64,000 bases of DNA from Eledone cirrhosa. Taxonomy: Eukaryota. The stretch lies in contig OZ024742.1 in NCBI GenBank assembly GCA_964016885.1, forward strand, positions 377,890,001 to 377,954,000, read 5' to 3'. The notes under the pieces were generated by a model. That model was not told the origin of the DNA, searched no databases, and was given only the letters and a program-made list of their open reading frames with translations. Position numbers and translations under genes: made by a program. The number at the start of each line of letters is the position of its first letter. Within the stretch, counting starts at the first letter, position 1. This document shows, piece by piece, positions 43,141 through 58,888 of the stretch.

Positions 43141-45702
43141 TCACTTGTTAAACTATCTCTACAGAAGACTAGAACATAATTCTACTTCTGTCACTTGTTA
43201 AACTATCTCTACAGAAGACTAGAACATAATTCTACTTCTTTCACTTGTTAAACTATCTCTACAGAAGACTAGAACATAGAACATATTTCTACTTCTGTCA
43301 CTTGTTAAACTATCTCTACAGAAGACTAAAACATATTTCTACTTCTGTCACTTGTTAAACTATCTCTACAGAAGGCTAGAACATAATTCTACTACTCTCA
43401 CTTGTTAAACTATCTCTACAGAAGACTAGAACATAATTCCACTTCTGTAACTTGTTAAACTATCTCTACAGAATACTAGAACTTATTTCCACTTCTGTCA
43501 CATGATAAACTATCTCTACAGAAGACTAGAACATATTTCTACTTCTGTCACTTGTTAAACTATCTCTACAGAAGACTAGAACATATTTCTACTTCTGTCA
43601 CTTGTTAAACTATCTCTACAGAAGACTAGAACATAATTCTTCTTCTGTCACTTGTTAAACTATCTCTACAGAAGACTAGAACATATTTCTAAATCTGTCA
43701 CTTGTTAAACTATCTCTACAGAAGACTAGAACATATTTCTACTTCTGTCACTTGTTAAACTATCTCTACAGAAGACTAGAACGTAGAACATATTTCTACT
43801 TCTGTCACTTGTTAAACTATCTCTACAGAAGACTAAATCATATTTCTACTTCTGTCACTTGTTAAACTATCTCTACAGAAGACAAAACATAATTCTACTA
43901 CTTTCACTTGTTAAACTATCTCTACAGAAGACTAGAACAGAATTCTACTTCTTTCACTTGTTAAACTATCTCTACAGAAGACTAGAACATAATTCTACTT
44001 CTGTCACTTGTTAAACTATCTCTACAGAAGACTAGAACGTAATTCTACTTCTTTCACTTGTTAAACTATCTCTACAGAAGACTAGAACATAGAACATATT
44101 TCTACTTCTGTCACTTGTTAAACTATCTCTACAGAAGACTAAAACATATTTCTACTTCTGTCACTTGTTAAACTATCTCTACAGAAGACTAGAACATAAT
44201 TCTACTACTCTCACTTGTTAAACTATCTCTACAGAAGACTAGAACATAATTCCACTTCTGTAACTTGTTAAACTATCTCTACAGAAGACTAGAACATATT
44301 TCTACTTCTGTCACTTGTTAAACTATCTCTACAGAAGACTAGAACATAATTCTTCTTCTGTCACTTGTTAAACTATCTCTGCAGAAGACTAGAACATAAT
44401 TCTACTTCTTTCACTTGTTAAACTATCTCTACAGAAGACTAGAACATAATTCTACTTCTTTCACTTGTTAATCTATCTCTACAGAAGACTAGAACATAAT
44501 TCTACTTCTGTCACTTGTTAAACTATCTCTACAGAAGACTAGAACTAATTTCTACTTCTGTCAGTTGTTAAACTATCACTAAAGAAGACTTGAACATATT
44601 TCTACTTCTGTCACTTGTTAAACTATCTCTACAGAAGACTAGAACATAGAACATATTTCTGCTTCTGTCACTGGTTAAAGTATCTCTACAGAAGACTAGA
44701 ACATATTTCTACTTCTGTCAATTGTTAAACTATCTCTACAGAAGATTAGAACATAGAACATATTTCTGCTTCTGTCACTTGTTAAACTATCTCTACAGAA
44801 GACTAGAACATAGAACATATTTCTACTTCTGTCACTTGTTAAACTATCTCTACAGAAGACTAAAACATATTTCTACTTCTGTCACTTGTTAAACTATCTC
44901 TACAGAAGACTAGAACATATTTCTACTTTTGTCACTTGTTAAACTATCTCTACAGAAGACTAGAACATATTTCTACTTCTGTCACTTGTTAAACTATCTC
45001 TACAGAAGACTAGAACGTAGAACATATTTCTACTTCTGTCACTTGTTAAACTATCTCTACAGAAGACTAAATCATATTTCTACTTCTGTCACTTGTTAAA
45101 CTATCTCTACAGAAGACAAAACATAATTCTACTACTTTCACTTGTTAAACTATCTCTACAGAAGACTAGAACAGAATTCTACTTCTTTCACTTGTTAAAC
45201 TATCTCTACAGAAGACTAGAACATAATTCTACTTCTGTCACTTGTTAAACTATCTCTACAGAAGACTAGAACATAATTCTACTTCTTTCACTTGTTAAAC
45301 TATCTCTACAGAAGACTAGAACATAGAACATATTTCTACTTCTGTCACTTGTTAAACTATCTCTACAGAAGACTAAAACATATTTCTACTTCTGTCACTT
45401 GTTAAACTATCTCTACAGAAGACTAGAACATAATTCTACTACTCTCACTTGTTAAACTATCTCTACAGAAGACTAGAACATAATTCCACTTCTGTAACTT
45501 GTTAAACTATCTCTACAGAATACTAGAACTTATTTCTACTTCTGTCACATGATAAACTATCTCTACAGAAGACTAGAACATATTTCTACTTCTGTCACTT
45601 GTTAAACTATCTCTACAGAAGACTAGAACATAATTCCACTTCTGTAACTTGTTAAACTATCTCTACAGAATACTAGAACTTATTTCTACTTCTGTCACAT
45701 GA

Positions 45703-47944
45703 TAAACTATCTCTACAGAAGACTTGAACATATTTCTACTTCTGTCACTTGTTAAACTATCTCTACAGAAGATTAGAACATAGAACATATTTCTGCTTCT
45801 GTCACTTGTTAAACTATCTCTACAGAAGACTAGAACATAGAACATATTTCTACTTCTGTCACTTGTTAAACTATCTCTACAGAAGACTAAAACATATTTC
45901 TACTTCTGTCACTTGTTAAACTATCTCTACAGAAGACTAGAACATATTTCTAGTTTTGTCACTTGTTAAACTATCTCTACAGAAGACTAGAACATATTTC
46001 TACTTCTGTCACTTGTTAAACTATCTCTACAGAAGACTAGAACGTAGAACATATTTCTACTTCTGTCACTTGTTAAACTATCTCTACATAAGACTAAATC
46101 ATATTACTACTTCTGTCACTTGTTAAACTATCTCTACAGAAGACTAGAACATAATTCTACTTCTTTCACTTGTTAAACTATCTCTACAGAAGACTAGAAC
46201 ATAATTCTACTTCTGTCACTTGTTAAACTATCTCTACAGAAGACTAGAACATAATTCTACTTCTGTCACATGTTAAACAATCTCTACAGAAGACTAGAAC
46301 ATATTTCTACTTCTGTCACTTGTTAAACTATCTCTACAGAAGACTAGAACATATTTCTACTTCTGTCACTTGTTAAACTATCTGTACAGAAGACTAGAAC
46401 ATAATTCTACTTCTGTCACTTGTTAAACTATCTCTACAGAAGACTACAACATAATTCTACTTCTGTCACATGTTAAACTATCTCTGCAGAAGACTAGAAC
46501 ATATTTCTACTCCTGTCACTCGTTAAACTATCTCTACAGAACACTAGAAAATAATTCTACTTCTTTCACATGTTAAACTATCTCTACAGAACACTAGAAA
46601 ATAATTCTACTTCTTTCACATGTTAAACTATCTCTACAGAAGACTAGAACATAATTCTACTTCTGTCACTTGTTAAACTATCTCTACAGAAGGCTAGAAC
46701 ATAATTCTACTTCTTTCACATGTTAAACTATCTCTACAGAAGACTAGAACATATTTCTACTATTGTCACATGTTACCCTATCTCTACAGAAGACTAGAAC
46801 ATAATTCTACTTCTGTCACATGTTAAACTATCTCTACAGAAGACTTGAACATATTTCTACTTCTGTCACTTGTTAAACTATCTCTACAGAAGATTAGAAC
46901 ATAGAACATATTTCTGCTTCTGTCACTTGTTAAACTATCTCTACAGAAGACTAGAACATAGAACATATTTCTACTTCTGTCACTTGTTAAACTATCTCTA
47001 CAGAAGACTAAAACATATTTCTACTTCTGTCACTTGTTAAACTATCTCTACAGAAGACTAGAACATATTTCTAGTTTTGTCACTTGTTAAACTATCTCTA
47101 CAGAAGACTAGAACATATTTCTACTTCTGTCACTTGTTAAACTATCTCTACAGAAGACTAGAACGTAGAACATATTTCTACTTCTGTCACTTGTTAAACT
47201 ATCTCTACATAAGACTAAATCATATTACTACTTCTGTCACTTGTTAAACTATCTCTACAGAAGACTAGAACATAATTCTACTTCTTTCACTTGTTAAACT
47301 ATCTCTACAGAAGACTAGAACATAATTCTACTTCTGTCACTTGTTAAACTATCTCTACAGAAGACTAGAACATAATTCTACTTCTGTCACATGTTAAACA
47401 ATCTCTACAGAAGACTAGAACATATTTCTACTTCTGTCACTTGTTAAACTATCTCTACAGAAGACTAGAACATATTTCTACTTCTGTCACTTGTTAAACT
47501 ATCTGTACAGAAGACTAGAACATAATTCTACTTCTGTCACTTGTTAAACTATCTCTACAGAAGACTAGAACATAATTCTACTTCTGTCACATGTTAAACT
47601 ATCTCTGCAGAAGACTAGAACATATTTCTACTCCTGTCACTCGTTAAACTATCTCTACAGAACACTAGAAAACTATTCTACTTCTTTCACATGTTAAACT
47701 ATCTCTACAGAACACTAGAAAATAATTCTACTTCTTTCACATGTTAAACTATCTCTACAGAAGACTAGAACATAATTCTACTTCTGTCACTTGTTAAACT
47801 ATCTCTACAGAAGGCTAGAACATAATTCTACTTCTTTCACATGTTAAACTATCTCTACAGAAGACTAGAACATATTTCTACTATTGTCACATGTTACCCT
47901 ATCTCTACAGAAGACTAGAACATAATTCTACTTCTGTCACATGT
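45703..47944. repeat. 1121-bp tandem duplication
   Basis: GACTTGAAC at 45721/46842 and TAGTTTTGTC at 45951/47072. Confidence 0.82.
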
Positions 47945-50555
47945 TAAACTATCTCTACAGAAGACTAGAACATATTTCTACTTCTGTCACTTGTTAAACT
48001 ATCTCTACAGAAGACTAGAACATATTTCTAAATCAGTCACTTGTTAAACTATCTCTACAGAAGACTAGAACATATTTCTACTTCTGTCACTTGTTAAACT
48101 ATCTCTACAGAAGACTAGAACGTAGAACATATTTCTACTTCTGTCACTTGTTAAACTATCTCTACAGAAGACTAAATCATATTTCTACTTCTGTCACTTG
48201 TTAAACTATCTCTACAGAAGACAAAACATAATTCTACTACTTTCACTTGTTAAACTATCTCTACAGAAGACTAGAACAGAATTCTACTTCTTTCACTTGT
48301 TAAACTATCTCTACAGAAGACTAGAACATAATTCTACTTCTGTCACTTGTTAAACTATCTCTACAGAAGACTAGAACATAATTCTACTTCTTTCACTTGT
48401 TAAACTATCTCTACAGAAGACTAGAACATAGAACATATTTCTACTTCTGTCACTTGTTAAACTATCTCTACAGAAGACTAAATCATATTTCTACTTCTGT
48501 CACTTGTTAAACTATCTCTACAGAAGACAAAACATAATTCTACTACTTTCACTTGTTAAACTATCTCTACAGAAGACTAGAACAGAATTCTACTTCTTTC
48601 ACTTGTTAAACTATCTCTACAGAAGACTAGAACATAATTCTACTTCTGTCACTTGTTAAACTATCTCTACAGAAGATTAGAACATAGAACATATTTCTGC
48701 TTCTGTCACTTGTTAAACTATCTCTACAGAAGACTAGAACATAGAACATATTTCTACTTCTGTCACTTGTTAAACTATCTCTACAGAAGACTAAAACATA
48801 TTTCTACTTCTGTCACTTGTTAAACTATCTCTACAGAAGACTAGAACATATTTCTACTTTTGTCACTTGTTAAACTATCTCTACAGAAGACTAGAACATA
48901 TTTCTACTTCTGTCACTTGTTAAACTATCTCTACAGAAGACTAGAACGTAGAACATATTTCTACTTCTGTCACTTGTTAAACTATCTCTACAGAAGACTA
49001 AATCATATTTCTACTTCTGTCACTTGTTAAACTATCTCTACAGAAGACAAAACATAATTCTACTACTTTCACTTGTTAAACTATCTCTACAGAAGACTAG
49101 AACAGAATTCTACTACTCTCACTTGTTAAACTATCTCTACAGAAGACTAGAACATAATTTTTCTTCTGTCACTTGTTAAACTATCTCTACAGAAGACTAG
49201 AACATAATTCTACTTCTTTCACTTGTTAAACTATCTCTACAGAAGACTAGAACATAATTCTACTTCTTTCACTTGTTAAACTATCTCTACAGAAGACTAG
49301 AACATAATTCTACTTCTTTCACTTGTTAATCTATCTCTACAGAAGACTAGAACATAGTTCTACTTCTGTCACTTGTTAAACTATCTCTACAGAAGACTAG
49401 AACTAATTTCTACTTCTGTCAGTTGTTAAACTATCACTAAAGAAGACTAGAACATATTTCTACTTCTGTCACTTGTTAAACTATCTCTACAGAAGACTAG
49501 AACATAATTCTTCTTCTGTCACTTGTTAAACTATCTCTACAGAAGACTAGAACATAATTCTACTTCTGTCACTTGTTAAACTATCTCTACAGAAGACTAG
49601 AACATAGAACATATTTCTGCTTCTGTCACTTGTTAAAGTATCTCTACAGAAGACTAGAACATATTACTACTTCTGTCACTTGTTAAACTATCTCTACAGA
49701 AGACTAGAACATAATTCTTCTTCTGTCACTTGTTAAACTATCTCTACAGAAGACTAGAACATAATTCTACTTCTTTCACTTGTTAAACTATCTCTACAGA
49801 AGACTAGAACATAACTCTACTTCTTTCACTTGTTAATCTATCTCTACAGAAGACTAGAACATAATTCTACTTCTGTCACTTGTTAAACTATCTCTACAGA
49901 AGACTAGAACTAATTTCTACTTCTGTCAGTTGTTAAACTATCACTAAAGAAGACTTGAACATATTTCTACTTCTGTCACTTGTTAAACTATCTCTACAGA
50001 AGACTAGAACATAGAACATATTTCTGCTTCTGTCACTTGTTAAAGTATCTCTACAGAAGACTAGAACATATTTCTACTTCTGTCACTTGTTAAACTATCT
50101 CTACAGAAGATTAGAACATAGAACATATTTCTGCTTCTGTCACTTGTTAAACTATCTCTACAGAAGACTAGAACATAGAACATATTTCTACTTCTGTCAC
50201 TTGTTAAACTATCTCTACAGAAGACTAAAACATATTTCTACTTCTGTCACTTGTTAAACTATCTCTACAGAAGACTAGAACATATTTCTACTTTTGTCAC
50301 TTGTTAAACTATCTCTACAGAAGACTAGAACATATTTCTACTTCTGTCACTTGTTAAACTATCTCTACAGAAGACTAGAACGTAGAACATATTTCTACTT
50401 CTGTCACTTGTTAAACTATCTCTACAGAAGACTAAATCATATTTCTACTTCTGTCACTTGTTAAACTATCTCTACAGAAGACAAAACATAATTCTACTAC
50501 TTTCACTTGTTAAACTATCTCTACAGAAGACTAGAACAGAATTCTACTACTCTCA

Positions 50556-53500
50556 CTTGTTAAACTATCTCTACAGAAGACTAGAACATAATTCTTCTTC
50601 TGTCACTTGTTAAACTATCTCTACAGAAGACTAGAACATAATTCTACTTCTTTCACTTGTTAAACTATCTCTACAGAAGACTAGAACATAATTCTACTTC
50701 TTTCACTTGTTAATCTATCTCTACAGAAGACTAGAACATAATTCTACTTCTGTCACTTGTTAAACTATCTCTACAGAAGACTAGAACTAATTTCTACTTC
50801 TGTCAGTTGTTAAACTATCACTAAAGAAGACTTGAACATATTTCTACTTCTGTCACTTGTTAAACTATCTCTACAGAAGACTAGAACATAGAACATATTT
50901 CTGCTTCTGTCACTTGTTAAAGTATCTCTACAGAAGACTAGAACATATTACTACTTCTGTCACTTGTTAAACTATCTCTACAGAAGACTAGAACATAATT
51001 CTTCTTCTGTCACTTGTTAAACTATCTCTACAGAAGGCTAGAACATAATTCTACTTCTTTCACTTGTTAAACTATCTCTACAGAAGACTAGAACATAATT
51101 CTACTTCTTTCACTTGTTAATCTATCTCTACAGAAGACTAGAACATAATTCTACTTCTGTCACTTGTTAAACTATCTCTACAGAAGACTAGAACTAATTT
51201 CTACTTCTGTCAGTTGTTAAACTATCACTAAAGAAGACTTGAACATATTTCTACTTCTGTCACTTGTTAAACTATCTCTACAGAAGACTAGAACATAGAA
51301 CATATTTCTGCTTCTGTCACTTGTTAAAGTATCTCTACAGAAGACTAGAAAATATTTCTACTTCTGTCACTTGTTAAACTATCTCTACAGAAGATTAGAA
51401 CATAGAACATATTTCTGCTTCTGTCACTTGTTAAACTATCTCTACAGAAGACTAGAACATAGAACATATTTCTACTTCTGTCACTTGTTAAACTATCTCT
51501 ACAGAAGACTAAAACATATTTCTACTTCTGTCACTTGTTAAACTATCTCTACAGAAGACTAGAACATATTTCTACTTTTGTCACTTGTTAAACTATCTCT
51601 ACAGAAGACTAGAACATATTTCTACTTCTGTCACTTGTTAAACTATCTCTACAGAAGACTAGAACGTAGAACATATTTCTACTTCTGTCACTTGTTAAAC
51701 TATCTCTACAGAAGACTAAATCATATTTCTACTTCTGTCACTTGTTAAACTATCTCTACAGAAGACAAAATATAATTCTACTACTTTCACTTGTTAAACT
51801 ATCTCTACAGAAGACTAGAACAGAATTCTACTTCTTTCACTTGTTAAACTATCTCTACAGAAGACTAGAACATAATTCTACTTCTGTCACTTGTTAAACT
51901 ATCTCTACAGAAGACTAGAACATAATTCTACTTCTTTCACTTGTTAAACTATCTCTACAGAAGACTAGAACATAGAACATATTTCTACTTCTGTCACTTG
52001 TTAAACTATCTCTACAGAAGACTAAAACATATTTCTACTTCTGTCACTTGTTAAACTATCTCTACAGAAGACTAGAACATAATTCTACTACTCTCACTTG
52101 TTAAACTATCTCTACAGAAGACTAGAACATAATTCCACTTCTGTAACTTGTTAAACTATCTCTACAGAATACTAGAACATATTTCTACTTCTGTCACTTG
52201 TTAAACTATCTCTACAGAAGACTAGAACGTAGAACATATTTCTACTTCTGTCACTTGTTAAACTATCTCTACATAAGACTAAATCATATTACTACTTCTG
52301 TCACTTGTTAAACTATCTCTACAGAAGACTAGAACATAATTCTACTTCTTTCACTTGTTAAACTATCTCTACAGAAGACTAGAACATAATTCTACTTCTG
52401 TCACTTGTTAAACTATCTCTACAGAAGACTAGAACATAATTCTACTTCTGTCACATGTTAAACAATCTCTACAGAAGACTAGAACATATTTCTACTTCTG
52501 TCACTTGTTAAACTATCTCTACAGAAGACTAGAACATATTTCTACTTCTGTCACTTGTTAAACTATCTGTACAGAAGACTAGAACATAATTCTACTTCTG
52601 TCACTTGTTAAACTATCTCTACAGAAGACTAGAACATAATTCTACTTCTGTCACATGTTAAACTATCTCTGCAGAAGACTAGAACATATTTCTACTCCTG
52701 TCACTCGTTAAACTATCTCTACAGAACACTAGAAAATAATTCTACTTCTTTCACATGTTAAACTATCTCTACAGAACACTAGAAAATAATTCTACTTCTT
52801 TCACATGTTAAACTATCTCTACAGAAGACTAGAACATAATTCTACTTCTGTCACTTGTTAAACTATCTCTACAGAAGGCTAGAACATAATTCTACTTCTT
52901 TCACATGTTAAACTATCTCTACAGAAGACTAGAACATATTTCTACTATTGTCACATGTTACCCTATCTCTACAGAAGACTAGAACATAATTCTACTTCTG
53001 TCACATGTTAAACTATCTCTACAGAAGACTAGAACATATTTCTACTTCTGTCACTTGTTAAACTATCTCTACAGAAGACTAGAACATATTTCTAAATCAG
53101 TCACTTGTTAAACTATCTCTACAGAAGACTAGAACATATTTCTACTTCTGTCACTTGTTAAACTATCTCTACAGAAGACTAGAACGTAGAACATATTTCT
53201 ACTTCTGTCACTTGTTAAACTATCTCTACAGAAGACTAAATCATATTTCTACTTCTGTCACTTGTTAAACTATCTCTACAGAAGACAAAACATAATTCTA
53301 CTACTTTCACTTGTTAAACTATCTCTACAGAAGACTAGAACAGAATTCTACTTCTTTCACTTGTTAAACTATCTCTACAGAAGACTAGAACATAATTCTA
53401 CTTCTGTCACTTGTTAAACTATCTCTACAGAAGACTAGAACATAATTCTACTTCTTTCACTTGTTAAACTATCTCTACAGAAGACTAGAACATAGAACAT

Positions 53501-56500
53501 ATTTCTACTTCTGTCACTTGTTAAACTATCTCTACAGAAGACTAAATCATATTTCTACTTCTGTCACTTGTTAAACTATCTCTACAGAAGACAAAACATA
53601 ATTCTACTACTTTCACTTGTTAAACTATCTCTACAGAAGACTAGAACAGAATTCTACTTCTTTCACTTGTTAAACTATCTCTACAGAAGACTAGAACATA
53701 ATTCTACTTCTGTCACTTGTTAAACTATCTCTACAGAAGACTAGAACATAATTCTACTTCTTTCACTTGTTAAACTATCTCTACAGAAGACTAGAACATA
53801 ATTCCACTTCTGTAACTTGTTAAACTATCTCTACAGAATACTAGAACTTATTTCTACTTCTGTCACATGATAAACTATCTCTACAGAAGACTAGAACATA
53901 TTTCTACTTCTGTCACTTGTTAAACTATCTCTACAGAAGACTAGAACATATTTCTACTTCTGTCACTTGTTAAACTATCTCTACAGAAGACTAGAACATA
54001 ATTCTTCTTCTGTCACTTGTTAAACTATCTCTACAGAAGACTAGAACATAATTCTACTTCTTTCACTTGTTAAACTATCTCTACAGAAGACTAGAACATA
54101 ATTCTACTTCTTTCACTTGTTAATCTATCTCTACAGAAGACTAGAACATAATTCTACTTCTGTCACTTGTTAAACTATCTCTACAGAAGACTAGAACTAA
54201 TTTCTACTTCTGTCAGTTGTTAAACTATCACTAAAGAAGACTTGAACATATTTCTACTTCTGTCACTTGTTAAACTATCTCTACAGAAGACTAGAACATA
54301 GAACATATTTCTGCTTCTGTCACTTGTTAAAGTATCTCTACAGAAGACTAGAACATATTACTACTTCTGTCACTTGTTAAACTATCTCTACAGAATACTA
54401 GAACATATTTCTACTACTGTCCCTTGTTAAACTCTCTCTACAGAAGACTAGAACATATTTCTACTACTGTCCCTTGTTAAACTATCTCTACAGAAGACTA
54501 GAACATATTTCTACTTCTGTCACTTGTTAAACTATCTCTACAGAATACTACGACATATTTCTACATCTGTCACTTGTTAAACTATCTCTACAGAAGACTA
54601 GAACATATTTCTTCTTCTGTTACTTGTCACACTATCTCTACAGAAGACTAGAACATAATTCTACTTCTGTCACTTGTTAACCTATCTCTACAGAAGACTA
54701 GAACATGATTCTACTACTCTCACTTGTTAAACTACCTCTACAGAAGACAAGAACATATTTCTACTTCTGTCACTTGTTAAACTACCTCAACAGAAGGATA
54801 GAACACATTTCTACTTCTGTCACTTGTTAAACTATCTCTAAAGAAGACTAGAACATATTTCCACTTCTGTCACATGTTAAACTATCTCTGCAGAAGACTA
54901 GAACATAGTTCTACTCCTGTCACTCGTTAAATTATCTCTACAGAAGACTAGAAAATAATTCTACTTCTTTCACATGTTAAACTATCTCTACAGAAGACTA
55001 GAACATAATTCTACTTCTTTCACATGTTAAACCATCTCTACAGAAGACTAGAACATATTTCTACTATTGTCACTTGTTAACTTATCTCTACAGAAGACTA
55101 GAACATAATTCTACTTCTGTCACTTGTTAAACTATCTCTACAGAAGACTAGAACATAATTCTACTTCTGTCACTTGTTAAACTATCTCTACAGAAGACTA
55201 GAACATAGAACATATTTCTACTTCTGTCACTTGTTAAACTATCTCTACAGAAGATTAAAACATATTTCTACTTCTGTCACTTGTTAAACTATCTCTACAG
55301 AAGACTAGAACATAATTCTACTTCTGTCACTTGTTAAACTATCTCTACAGAAGGCTAGAACATAATTCTACTTCTTTCACATGTTAAACTATCTCTACAG
55401 AAGACTAGAACATATTTCTACTATTGTCACATGTTACCCTATCTCTACAGAAGACTAGAACATAATTCTACTTCTGTCACATGTTAAACTATCTCTACAG
55501 AAGACTAGAACATATTTCTACTTCTGTCACTTGTTAAACTATCTCTACAGAAGACTAGAACATATTTCTAAATCAGTCACTTGTTAAACTATCTCTACAG
55601 AAGACTAGAACATATTTCTACTTCTGTCACTTGTTAAACTATCTCTACAGAAGACTAGAACGTAGAACATATTTCTACTTCTGTCACTTGTTAAACTATC
55701 TCTACAGAAGACTAAATCATATTTCTACTTCTGTCACTTGTTAAACTATCTCTACAGAAGACAAAACATAATTCTACTACTTTCACTTGTTAAACTATCT
55801 CTACAGAAGACTAGAACAGAATTCTACTTCTTTCACTTGTTAAACTATCTCTACAGAAGACTAGAACATAATTCTACTTCTGTCACTTGTTAAACTATCT
55901 CTACAGAAGACTAGAACATAATTCTACTTCTTTCACTTGTTAAACTATCTCTACAGAAGACTAGAACATAGAACATATTTCTACTTCTGTCACTTGTTAA
56001 ACTATCTCTACAGAAGACTAAATCATATTTCTACTTCTGTCACTTGTTAAACTATCTCTACAGAAGACAAAACATAATTCTACTACTTTCACTTGTTAAA
56101 CTATCTCTACAGAAGACTAGAACAGAATTCTACTTCTTTCACTTGTTAAACTATCTCTACAGAAGACTAGAACATAATTCTACTTCTGTCACTTGTTAAA
56201 CTATCTCTACAGAAGACTAGAACATAATTCTACTTCTTTCACTTGTTAAACTATCTCTACAGAAGACTAGAACATAATTCCACTTCTGTAACTTGTTAAA
56301 CTATCTCTACAGAATACTAGAACTTATTTCTACTTCTGTCACATGATAAACTATCTCTACAGAAGACTAGAACATATTTCTACTTCTGTCACTTGTTAAA
56401 CTATCTCTACAGAAGACTAGAACATATTTCTACTTCTGTCACTTGTTAAACTATCTCTACAGAAGACTAGAACATAATTCTTCTTCTGTCACTTGTTAAA

Positions 56501-58888
56501 CTATCTCTACAGAAGACTAGAACATAATTCTACTTCTTTCACTTGTTAAACTATCTCTACAGAAGACTAGAACATAATTCTACTTCTTTCACTTGTTAAT
56601 CTATCTCTACAGAAGACTAGAACATAATTCTACTTCTGTCACTTGTTAAACTATCTCTACAGAAGACTAGAACTAATTTCTACTTCTGTCAGTTGTTAAA
56701 CTATCACTAAAGAAGACTTGAACATATTTCTACTTCTGTCACTTGTTAAACTATCTCTACAGAAGACTAGAACATAGAACATATTTCTGCTTCTGTCACT
56801 TGTTAAAGTATCTCTACAGAAGACTAGAACATATTACTACTTCTGTCACTTGTTAAACTATCTCTACAGAATACTAGAACATATTTCTACTACTGTCCCT
56901 TGTTAAACTCTCTCTACAGAAGACTAGAACATATTTCTACTACTGTCCCTTGTTAAACTATCTCTACAGAAGACTAGAACATATTTCTACTTCTGTCACT
57001 TGTTAAACTATCTCTACAGAATACTACGACATATTTCTACATCTGTCACTTGTTAAACTATCTCTACAGAAGACTAGAACATATTTCTTCTTCTGTTACT
57101 TGTCACACTATCTCTACAGAAGACTAGAACATAATTCTACTTCTGTCACTTGTTAACCTATCTCTACAGAAGACTAGAACATGATTCTACTACTCTCACT
57201 TGTTAAACTACCTCTACAGAAGACAAGAACATATTTCTACTTCTGTCACTTGTTAAACTACCTCAACAGAAGGATAGAACACATTTCTACTTCTGTCACT
57301 TGTTAAACTATCTCTAAAGAAGACTAGAACATATTTCCACTTCTGTCACATGTTAAACTATCTCTGCAGAAGACTAGAACATAGTTCTACTCCTGTCACT
57401 CGTTAAATTATCTCTACAGAAGACTAGAAAATAATTCTACTTCTTTCACATGTTAAACTATCTCTACAGAAGACTAGAACATAATTCTACTTCTTTCACA
57501 TGTTAAACCATCTCTACAGAAGACTAGAACATATTTCTACTATTGTCACTTGTTAACTTATCTCTACAGAAGACTAGAACATAATTCTACTTCTGTCACT
57601 TGTTAAACTATCTCTACAGAAGACTAGAACATAATTCTACTTCTGTCACTTGTTAAACTATCTCTACAGAAGACTAGAACATAGAACATATTTCTACTTC
57701 TGTCACTTGTTAAACTATCTCTACAGAAGATTAAAACATATTTCTACTTCTGTCACTTGTTAAACTATCTCTACAGAAGACTAGAACATAATTCTACTTC
57801 TTTCACTTGTTAAACTATCTCTACAGAAGACTAGAACTTAATTCTACTTCTTTCACTTGTTAAACTATCTCTGCAGAAGACTAGAACATAGTTCTACTTC
57901 TGTCACTTGTTAAACTATCTCTACAGAAGACTAGAACGTAGAACATATTTCTACTTCTGTCACTTGTTAAACTATCTCTACATAAGACTAAATCATATTT
58001 CTACTTCTGTCACTTGTTAAACTATCTCTACAGAAGACTAGAACATAGAACATATTTCTACTTCTGTCACTTGATAAACTATCTCTACAGAAGACTAAAA
58101 CATATTTCTACTTCTGTCACTTGTTAAACTATCTCTACAGAAGACTAGAACATAATTCTACTTCTTTCACTTGTTAAACTATCTCTACAGAAGACTAGAA
58201 CATAATTCTACTTCTTTCACTTGTTAAACTATCTCTACAGAAGGCTAGAACATAATTCTACTTCTGTCACTTGTTAAACTATCTCTACAGAAGACTAGAA
58301 CATAATTCTACTTCTGTCACTTGTTAAACTATCTCTACAGAAGACTAGAACTAATTTCTACTTCTGTCAGTTGTTAAACTATCACTAAAGAAGACTTGAA
58401 CATATTTCTACTTCTGTCACTTGTTAAACTATCTCTACAGAAGATTAGAACATAGAACATATTTCTGCTTCTGTCACTTGTTAAACTATCTCTACAGAAG
58501 TCTAGAACATAGAACATATTTCTACTTCTGTCACTTGTTAAACTATCTCTACAGAAGACTAAAAATATTTCTACTTCTGTCACTTGTTAAACTATCTCTA
58601 CAGAAGACTAGAACATATTTCTACTTCTGTCACTTGTTAAACTATCTCTACAGAAGACTAGAACGTAGAACATATTTCTACTTCTGTCACTTGTTAAACT
58701 ATCTCTACATAAGACTAAATCATATTACTACTTCTGTCACTTGTTAAACTATCTCTACAGAAGACAAAACATAATTCTACTTCTTTCACTTGTTAAACTA
58801 TCTCTACAGAAGACTAGAACATATTTCTACTTCTGTCACTTGTTAAACTATCTCTACAGAAGACTAGAACATATTTCTACTTCTGTCA
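50556..58888. repeat. Higher-order repeat unit C, copy 1 (8333 bp = 5857-bp unit + internal 2476-bp duplication)
   Basis: Markers at +8333: AATATTT at 51351/59684, TATAATT at 51771/60104, GGATAG at 54796/63129. Confidence 0.88.
52806..57757. repeat. 2476-bp tandem duplication nested in unit C
   Basis: GGCTAG at 52877/55353, AATCAG at 53095/55571, CGACAT at 54551/57027. Confidence 0.9.

Noticed and set aside
17246-58747. Nine short ORFs of 60-108 aa (LLNYLYRRLEH..., CRDSLTSDRSRNMF...)
   Set aside because: They are translations of the satellite. Both + strand stops (TAA at monomer position 22, TAG at 43) share one frame, so frames stay open for about two monomers, and 57- or 49-bp variants or stop-killing SNPs extend them by chance. 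A 50-bp period is not a multiple of 3, and the identical ORFs simply mark duplicated blocks.
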